The translations under genes and the position numbers were made by a program. Shown piece after piece: positions 23,901 to 31,882 of a stretch of DNA of 64,000 bases (position 1 is the first letter of the stretch; every line of letters starts with the position of its first letter). The notes beneath the pieces were generated by a model, which searched no databases, was not told the origin of the DNA, and saw only the letters and a list, made by a program, of their open reading frames with translations. Origin of the DNA: Rebecca billardiae RCC1528 (lineage: Eukaryota; Protista; Haptophyta); the NCBI GenBank assembly GCA_965240325.2, contig OZ251247.1:992001-1056000 (forward strand), in the 5' to 3' direction.

Positions 23901-25988
23901 GCTTGGGGCGTCAACCCCCGAACCAGTCCGGAGAGATTGCGCCTCCCGGACGGCAACCCTCCCAGTGGTGGGGTGCCGTCCGGGAGGTGAGTCCGGCGCG
24001 CCGCCTCTGCGCCAACGGCGTCAGCCGTTGCGGCGGGCATGGCGCGCGTCATTCTGACTGACGGCCTCCCAGACGGCGTGATCCTCGCGCACGAGGACGG
24101 CGCGCTGTCCGTGTACACTGCCCGCTTCACAGCCGGTGCTGGGGGCGACCTCCGCTTCGCAGGCGCGCCCGCTCCTGGAGCGATTGCGCTCCATGCTGTG
24201 CGCGTGGCGGATTGGTTCCCGACGCCGGCCAAATGCAAGGGCACCGGCGGGTTCCTGCTTCCCGGCGCCGCAGATGCGCTCGACCTCATCGTCGGCTTCG
24301 AGGTGGTCCGCGAGCCCGCCCACTTCCGCTCGATCGAAACCGCGGTTGAGTGGCGCGGCGCTGGCGCCGAGCGGAAGCGGGTGTTTCGAAATGTGCCGAT
24401 GTGGATGCAGCCAGCCCGCGACAGCTGTGTGCGCTGTGCGGCAGCTGCTCGTACGCCCGGCGGTGTGCGCGCTGTCGGCGGCGCACAAGGATGCGCTCAA
24501 GCCTCTCGACGGCCAGGTGACGGCTGGCGACCTGATGCCCGCGCTCGTCGCGGCCGTGGCGCGCCTCTTGCCTGGTCTCGAGGTGCCGACGCCGCCGGCC
24601 GCGGCCGCGCCCGCACAGCACGCGGGTACGGCAGCAGCGGCGAGAGATGGAACCGCCGTCGATGGGCTCGACGCCCACCTAGAAGAAGACGAAGAAGTCC
24701 GGCGCGGGCGATGGCGGCAGCGCGAGCGCGCGCGCGTGCCCCGCGCCAGCGCTGGCACAGTGCACCGCATGCCGCGCGCTCGGCATCTGCGAGTGGGTGA
24801 GGAACGGGCATGCGAGCAGCGCCTGCCCGTGCACGTCACCGCCTCCGGGTGCGTCGTCGAGCGAGATCACGCCACGGCAGGCGGCGGCCAAGCACGAGTC
24901 CGCCATCGCCACCGCGAGGAAGTTCTCGGTCAAGACGGAGACGCGCGCGGACCGTCTGTCGTGCCCGAGCTCACCTCTGCACGGCGCGCGTACTGTGCGC
25001 TTTGGCGCGCCGCTTAAACTACTGTACCGATAAATGTATGTGATGATGAGCGCTGATGACACTGATGCATCAGCAAATCGCGCGCAGTGATGATGACGAT
25101 GTATATGTAAATCAACCAGGCTGTGCAGTCTTATTTTAAAGCGACTACGACGACTATCCGAGCAGGTCGCTACGCGGCCCACGGCCACCGCGTCCGCGGC
25201 ACCGACTACGTCTACTGTACTGTGGCAGGCGGCACGCGCGCGCGCGCGCACGCCACCTACGCCAACAGAGACATAAGGGCCGGTCTGGTGGGTACGAAGT
25301 GGTCGAACGCGAGCGTGCACAGCGGCATCGCCTGCGTCTGGCGTGATGAACTCGGAGCGGAAGGTCGAGAGTCGACAAGGCCCATGTGCCGGGACGTCAC
25401 AGGGCAGAGCCGCTCGGCACTCCTCGGCAGCATCGACGACATAGCAACCCGTATCAGCGTGCCCATGGGGCATCTTGGACCGGGGTACTCACAGACGACC
25501 CCCAGGCTGCGGCTGGCACCGATTCGCCCGCTGGGAAGCGAAGGATGCCTCCATGCAGAGCATACCCTGCGGGCTGCCGCGAGGTGCACCATTCGTGAGT
25601 TACGCGCGCAGTGCGCGAGCACTTGCCAGTGGCAAGGGCGCGCGCAGAACGCCGGGCGCGTGCGCCCGAGCGGTGTATAACATGCGTGCCCACTCGCCCA
25701 TGCCGTGCCCCGACCTTAATTGGCCCTATCCGCGCCGAGCGCGCGCCCTTGGTGCGCGCGCCGGCTCGCTTGGCAGGCGTTGATGGCTTGGCAGCGGGCT
25801 ACTGCGCGCGGCGAGGAGCGCGAGAGGACAGGAAAAGAGGCGCGCGCGGTGCCCACGTGTCCTGTGGACCGCGCCGATCAGCCGCGCCGGCCTGCAGCGC
25901 CGGTAGGCGGGCGCACGCGCGCCTCTCGTGGGCGCGCCATCGTGTCCGGGCCGCTGCGAGCCCGATCTCGGGGGTTGACGCCCCAAGC
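23901..25988. mobile_element. Innermost ~2.09 kb element with a perfect 21-bp TIR and a possible 5-bp TSD
   Basis: GCTTGGGGCGTCAACCCCCGA (23901-23921) / TCGGGGGTTGACGCCCCAAGC (25968-25988). CCGGT lies directly outside both ends (23896-23900, 25989-25993). Confidence 0.55.
24039..25017 (+). pseudogene. Frameshifted gene remnant with a C-terminal Cys/His knuckle-like motif
   Basis: Protein-like text switches frame from ORF 24039 (MARVILTDGLPDG...) to ORF 24136 (...HKDALKPLDGQVTAGDLMPALVAAV...) and then to CTACRALGICEWVRNGHASSACP near 24760-24830. Confidence 0.45.
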
Positions 25989-26089
25989 CCGGTGGCGGCT
26001 CGGCAGGCGAGGGCCGACCAAATCTTGACCTTTGCCCTCGGCGGCAGGGCGGGCAGGCGAAGGCGGCCGAGCGCCGTTGGCGGCCGGCG

Positions 26090-27378
26090 CGCCCGGGGCA
26101 CGGCGCTGCGGGCGCGGATGTGCTCGCGGAGCCGGCTTGCGTGGACAGGCTGTTGCGGGAGAGTATATGGCGCCCTCCTGCGCCGCGCGTCTCGCGCCAC
26201 GCCTCTTTTCGCCGCGGCTCAGGGCAGCGCGCACGCGCGCGCCGCCTCGGAGGCCAGGCCGCACCGTGCCGCGCCGCAGCCGCAACCGCGCGCGCGCCGT
26301 GCGCGGCGTGGTCGGGAAGGAACGGGGGGTGCTGCCGGGCGAGATGACGACATCATGTGCGCACGCCATGCCGCCCCGCGGCGCCGCGAAAGGGCACGAT
26401 AACGGATCCGCACAGCTGTTGACGAGTGCTGATTTCTTGTCGTGCCTGAAGCCAGACCTCGGAGCTCGAAGAAGATGATGAAAGTGTATCCGCGCGAGGA
26501 AAGCGTCGCACCCAGCACGTCTACACGACCACGCGGTGATGAACATTCATGTAAGAGTATCCCGCGTGCCCGCTTGGCACTGTTCTGTGTCTCAATGATC
26601 GTCCCGACAAGGGTCACGACCGCGAGGCCGTGCACACCATTCATAGTGTGACAACTCGAAGAGGCGTGCAAACGGACCAGCGACACGCTCGGCAAGGCGT
26701 GGCGGGGCGGCATGGCGTGCGCACATGATATCGCCATCTCGCCCGGCAGCCGTGCCCGTTCCTTCCCGACCACGCCGCGCACGGCGCGCACGCGGTCGGC
26801 TGCGGCGCAGGCAAGGCTGGCCTTGAGGCGACGCGCCGCGTGCGCGCTGCCCTGAGCCGAGGCGAAAGAGGCGTGGCGCAAGTCGCGCGGTGCAGGAGGG
26901 CGGCAGATACTCTCCCACAACAGCCCGTCCACGCACGCCGGCTCCGCAAGCACATCCGCGCCCGCAGCGCCCTGGCCCGGGCGCGGCCCCCAGCGGTCAC
27001 GACCGCGAGGCCGTGCACGTCATTTGTGACAACTCGAAGAGGCGTGCAAACGGACCAGCGACACGCTCGGCAAGGCGTGGCGGGGCGGCATGGCGTGCGC
27101 ACATGATATCGCCATCTCGCCCGGCAGCCGCGCCCGTTCCTTCCCGACCACGCCGCGCACGGCGCGCGCGCGGTCGGCTGCGGCGCAGGCCGAAGGCTGG
27201 CCTCGGTCGGAGGCGGCGCGCGCGTGCGCGCTGCCCTGAGCCGAGGCGAAAGAGGCGTGGCGCAAGTCGCGCGGCGCAGGAGGGCGGCAGATACTCTCCC
27301 GCAACAGCCCGTCCACGCACGCCGGCTCCGCAAGCACATCCGCGCCCGCAGCGCCATGGCCCGGGCGCGCCCCCCAGC
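26090..27378. repeat. ~280 bp long inverted repeat whose right arm lies within a 383 bp tandem duplication
   Basis: 26090-26380 is a diverged reverse complement of ~26700-26985 and ~27080-27365. The tandem unit starts GGTCACGACCGCGAGGCCGTGCAC at 26612 and 26995. Confidence 0.85.
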
Positions 27379-28308
27379 GCCGGGCCAGCTGCATCGCACT
27401 CGCCGCCAAGCCGCAGGGGGCGGGTCAGAATCGGTGCTCCGCACCCGCGGGAGGGCTCCCGCCGCTCCGGTTGCACGCGAAGAACTCATTTCCAGCGCAT
27501 CGATTTCGTGAGCGGACTATCGCTGACGAGGCTGATTACTGCGTTCCACGGCTTTGCCGCGCTCGGGATTTGGCTTCTCGAATGGAGGATCTGGTTTCGT
27601 CATTTTCAATTGGAAACCTTGATTAGATCGTTCAAGTGGTCTGATAGAGGAAGCGGAACGCTAAATCTGCGTTGCTATGCCGCGGCCTCGCGCTCTGAAT
27701 AGTGCGAAACCGCGGATTCCCAGTGCAGGGGGAACGACCTGGTCAGAATGATGAAAATGTGTGTGTGAGTGTAATGGCCTGTACCAGGGTTCATGCTCGC
27801 CTCGACGTACGCCAATAAGTAAGTTCGTGCGTTTGGGCTCATTTCGGCTAAGTACTTACCCACATTCGGACTGACGATTCTCTATGTGTCCGTAGTTGTC
27901 CGCGGCGCGCGCGCGCACGCTCACGACGGGCCGCGGATGCGATTTTTAGGCCGAAACTTTTGCTGCGCCCGGGCTGGGCCCATTTGTTACGCTGTTTCCG
28001 GGTGTGAGCGCGTGCCTAGGGGCCCGCGTTCATTTGGCGATAAAATCCCCGAAAGTGCTCCAGTGCGTTTGGACCAGGCTAGCGATATGCATATGGAGGG
28101 CCGTGCCATATGGAGCGCTTGACGTGGCAGTCGTGCCACTCGCACAGACGACACTGTCGTGTCGTCGTGTCGTCTGCTCATCACGTCAGACGTCTGGCGC
28201 TGTGGCGCACGCAGTGAGCAGACAGCACTGGGTGGGTGGGGAGCTGTGCGGCGATCGGACTGCACTCGGGCACTGCGCCGAGGTGTGCAGCGGGCAGCGA
28301 CCTGCTGC

Positions 28309-29820
28309 TCAGCGGAACGCGGTGCGCAGGGACCCGACCAATGCAGGCGTGGCCACGTGGCTTGGCTCGTCGCCCACAGCCTCAGTGCTGAGGCCGAGGC
28401 CGAGTGCAGCTGAGTGCTCTCCGCACGCGTACACGTCTCCGCCCACCGTCTCAAACAGTGAGTGGCAGTGGCCCGTGGTGCAGCGCAGCAAGCGCGTGTG
28501 CGCCAAGGCGGCCACGCACACTGGCACCCGCTGGCACTCCTCCGCGCGTCCGGTGCCCAGAATGCCGCCCAAGTCGTAGCCGAACGCGTGCACGCTGCCG
28601 TCCGCGCCCAGCACGGCGCTGCTCGACACGCCAGCGCACGCGCGCGCCGCACGCACAACACCAGACAGCGCCTCCACACGCTTGGGCAAGTAGAGCGTGC
28701 TGCCATCGCCGTGACCCAGGCAGCCACTCCAGCCGTCTCCGAAGGAGTGAACGCCACCCCGCGCATCCACCGCCAGGCTGTGGCGAAAGCCCGCGCTCAC
28801 GTGCACGGCACACACGCCAGCGAGCGCCTTGATGCGCCTCGGCGTGTGCTGATCCTGCTCGTCGCCGTGGCCGAGCTGGCCCAGGCCGCCATTGCCACAC
28901 GAGTAGACCGCGCCGCTGGTCGAGAGCAGCAGCGCGTGATCGTCCCCTGCCGATACCCCGCCCACGCGCACGCCGTCCAGCGCCTCGATGCGCGTCGGCT
29001 CGCACCGCTGCTCCGTGTCGCCGTGGCCGAGCTGGCCGCAGTGGTTGAGGCCCCAGCTGTACGCGCACCCAGCGGCGGTGAGCGCGAGGCTGTGGCAGGC
29101 GCCTGCGGCAATGCATACGACGTGCTCGTGCGCGAGCGCACGGACGCACCGATACGCCCCCCGCTCAGCGTCGTAATCGTCACCGAGCACGAGCTGGCCG
29201 TACTCGTTGCCGCCGCAGCCGTACACCGTCCCAGCATCGCTCAGCGCGAGCAGGTGCTCGTAGCCAGCGGCCACCGCGACCACGCGCACCGCGGAGAGCG
29301 AGACCACGCGCATCGGCACGACGGGCACGGGCGCACCGGGGCGGCCCAACGCAGGCGGCGCGACGAACTCACCCGTCTCCCGACCGTCTTCGTCGCGCAC
29401 CTTCTCCTCGCCGCACGTGTGCAGCCCGCCCTCCGCGTCCACAAACGCGCTGAAGTTGTACGCGCACGCGATCGGGCTCGCGTGCGCGCACGCCAGCAAG
29501 TGCACGCGCTGCTCACGTGCGAACAGCAGCTCGGTCCACGTGCACACGCCCGGCGGGAGCACGGCCGGGAGCGCGCGCTCGTGGCCGCGCGCGCGTGCAC
29601 GCTCGCGCAGAGCGCCCTCGATCGGCGAGCGGCCGGCGGGTGGCGCGCCGCGGAAGAGGCGCGAGGTGGCGTTGGCGGCGGCGAGGTCGTGCACGTCGTC
29701 GAGGTGGCTGACGATGCGATCCACCAGCTCGACTGGGAGGCGCGCCAGAGGTGATGGCGACGACGAGGTCGAAAGGGCGGGCGGCGGAGCCGCCTCGCGC
29801 GCCTGTTGTGTCGTCCGCAT
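28309..29820 (-). CDS. F-box-like / RCC1-repeat protein, copy 8 (503 aa)
   Basis: Paralog, intact ORF. Confidence 0.92.
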   Translation of the reverse strand: MRTTQQAREAAPPPALSTSSSPSPLARLPVELVDRIVSHLDDVHDLAAANATSRLFRGAPPAGRSPIEGALRERARARGHERALPAVLPPGVCTWTELLFAREQRVHLLACAHASPIACAYNFSAFVDAEGGLHTCGEEKVRDEDGRETGEFVAPPALGRPGAPVPVVPMRVVSLSAVRVVAVAAGYEHLLALSDAGTVYGCGGNEYGQLVLGDDYDAERGAYRCVRALAHEHVVCIAAGACHSLALTAAGCAYSWGLNHCGQLGHGDTEQRCEPTRIEALDGVRVGGVSAGDDHALLLSTSGAVYSCGNGGLGQLGHGDEQDQHTPRRIKALAGVCAVHVSAGFRHSLAVDARGGVHSFGDGWSGCLGHGDGSTLYLPKRVEALSGVVRAARACAGVSSSAVLGADGSVHAFGYDLGGILGTGRAEECQRVPVCVAALAHTRLLRCTTGHCHSLFETVGGDVYACGEHSAALGLGLSTEAVGDEPSHVATPALVGSLRTAFR

Positions 29821-30274
29821 TCCTTCCCGTTCGGCCCTCGACGGGTGCCGCAGTGCGGGCGACGACGGGTGGCCGTTGGCGAGGGATTTTTATGGCGTTA
29901 TCATTTCGATCTTTTTCTTTGGCTGCGCCATCAATCCACCACCACCGGTGCTTTCACCGAACAGGCAGCCACCGACGCGCGCGGCGCAGAGCTCACTGTG
30001 GTCCTGGGAACGCGTGCGGACGCAATATAGGAAATGCCAACTCACGTACGTGTACATGGAGATATGGAGGGCCGTGTCATATGGAGCGCTTGACGTGGCA
30101 GTCGTGCCACTCGCACAGACGACACTGTCGTGTCGTGTGTCGTCTGCTCACGTCTGGCGCTGTCACTGTGGCGCACGCTGTGGGCGGACAGCACTGGGTG
30201 GGTGGGGAGCTGTGCGGCGATCGGACTGCACTCGGGCACTGCGCCGAGGTGTGCAGCGAGCAGCGACCTGCTGC

Positions 30275-31753
30275 TCAGCGGAACGCGGTGCGCAGGGACC
30301 CGACCAATGCAGGCGTGGCCACGTGGCTCCGCTCGTCGTCGCCCACAGCGGTGCGGAGGCCGAGGCCGAGCGCGGCTGAGTGCACTCCGCACGCGTACAC
30401 GTCTCCGCACGCCGTCTCAAACAGCGAGTGGCAGTTGCCCATGGCGCAGCGGACCACGCGCGTGCGCGCCATGGCGGATACGCGTGCAGGAGCCAGCTCG
30501 CCTCCATCAGTGCGTCCGGTGCCCAGCATGCCGCCCGAGTTGAGCCCGAACTCGTGCACGCTGCCGTCCGCGCCCAGCACGGCGCTGCTAGAGGCGCCAG
30601 CGCTGGTGCGCACAGCGCGCACGGCACCAGACAGCGCCTCCATACGTTTGGGCAGGTAGAGCCTGCTGTCATCGCCGTGGCCCAGGCAGCCAGTCAAGCC
30701 ACTCCCAAAGGTGTGCACGTTACCCGCAGCGTCCACCACGAGGCTGTGCGCAACACCCGCGCTCACATGCACGGCGCGCACGCCCGCGAGCGCCTCGATG
30801 CGCCTCGGCGTGTGCTGATCCTGCTCGTCGCCGTGGCCGAGCTGGCCCAGGCCGCCATTGCCACACGAGTAGACCGCGCCACTGGTCGAGACCAGCAGAG
30901 CGTGCTCGTCCCCTCCCGATACCCCACCCACGCGCACGCCGTCCAGCGCCTCGATGCGCGTCGGCTCCCACCGGTCCTCCGTGTCGCCGTGGCCGAGCTG
31001 GCCGCAGCTGTTGTAGCCCCAGCTGTACGCACAGCCCGCGGCAGTGAGCGCGAGGCTGTGGCAGGCGCCTGCGGCAATGCATACGACGTGCTCGTGTGCG
31101 AGCGCACGGACGCACCGATATGCCCCCCGCTCAGCGTCGTAATCGTCACCGAGCACGAGATGGCCGTACTCGTTGCCGCCGCAGCCGTACACCGTCCCAG
31201 CATCGCTCAGCGCGAGCAGGTGCTCGTAGCCAGCGGCCACCGCGACCATGCGCACCGCGGAGAGCGAGACCACGCGCATCGGCACGACGGGCACGGGCGC
31301 ATCGGGGCGGCCCAACGCAGGCGGCGCGACGAACTCACCCGTCTCCCAACCGTCTTCGTCGCGCACCTTCTCCTCGCCGCACGTGTGCAGCCCGCCCTCC
31401 GCGTCCACAAACGCGCTGAAACTGAGACCGCACGCGATCGGGCTGGCGTGCGCGCACGCGAGCGAGTGCACGCGCTCACGCAAGAGAAGCAGCTCAGTCC
31501 ACGTGCACACGCTGGGCGGGAGCACGGCCGGCAGCGCGCGCTCGTGGCCCCGCGCGCGTGCGCGCTCGCGCAGCGCACGCTCGACCGGCGAGCGGCCGCC
31601 AGGCGCGCCGCGGAAGAGGCGCGCCGTGGCGTTGGCGGCGGCAAGGTCGTGCACGTCGTCGAGGCGAAAGAGGATGCGGTCCACCAGCTCGACTGGCAGA
31701 CGCGCCAGCGGTGGTGGCGGCGAGGGCGAGGTCGCGCAGTGTAGTGTCCGCAT
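30275..31753 (-). CDS. F-box-like / RCC1-repeat protein, copy 9 (492 aa), distinct N-terminus and upstream region
   Basis: Paralog starting MRTLHCATSPSPPPPLARLPVEL; its upstream 130 bp is unlike the shared spacer. Confidence 0.9.
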   Translation of the reverse strand: MRTLHCATSPSPPPPLARLPVELVDRILFRLDDVHDLAAANATARLFRGAPGGRSPVERALRERARARGHERALPAVLPPSVCTWTELLLLRERVHSLACAHASPIACGLSFSAFVDAEGGLHTCGEEKVRDEDGWETGEFVAPPALGRPDAPVPVVPMRVVSLSAVRMVAVAAGYEHLLALSDAGTVYGCGGNEYGHLVLGDDYDAERGAYRCVRALAHEHVVCIAAGACHSLALTAAGCAYSWGYNSCGQLGHGDTEDRWEPTRIEALDGVRVGGVSGGDEHALLVSTSGAVYSCGNGGLGQLGHGDEQDQHTPRRIEALAGVRAVHVSAGVAHSLVVDAAGNVHTFGSGLTGCLGHGDDSRLYLPKRMEALSGAVRAVRTSAGASSSAVLGADGSVHEFGLNSGGMLGTGRTDGGELAPARVSAMARTRVVRCAMGNCHSLFETACGDVYACGVHSAALGLGLRTAVGDDERSHVATPALVGSLRTAFR

Positions 31754-31882
31754 CGTCGTTGGTTATTGGCGTTGAAGCAGAAGACGGTTGGCCGCCCTGA
31801 TATGCCATTATTATTTTCTGAATTTCTGCTGACGATCGATATTTCTTTATTGGCGCGGAAGGAAAGGATGGCGACGCCGCCC

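Larger units (their letters stand above)
23701..27750. mobile_element. Nested ~4.05 kb element bounded by a 44-bp inverted repeat
   Basis: CATCCTGACCAGGTCGTTCCCCCTGCACTGGGAATCCGCGGTTT (23701-23744) matches the reverse complement at 27707-27750 with one mismatch. No TSD recognised. Confidence 0.65.
20351..28081. mobile_element. 7,731 bp TIR DNA transposon inserted in the RCC1-array spacer; no intact transposase seen
   Basis: Perfect 12-bp TIR TAGCCTGGTCCA (20351-20362) / TGGACCAGGCTA (28070-28081). 7-bp direct repeat GCGATAT at 20344-20350 and 28082-28088. The array spacer sequence (GGACATGGCGATATGGAGGGCC) resumes on both sides. Confidence 0.85.

Noticed and set aside
6395-31744. Plus-strand ORFs of up to 454 aa antisense to the RCC1 genes
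   Set aside because: Shadows of GC-rich codons. They are broken by stops in several copies while the minus-strand ORF is always intact.
6290-31753. Diversity-generating retroelement as the cause of RCC1 variation
   Set aside because: No reverse transcriptase or template repeat seen, and the changes are not adenine-specific. Recombination plus selection fits better.
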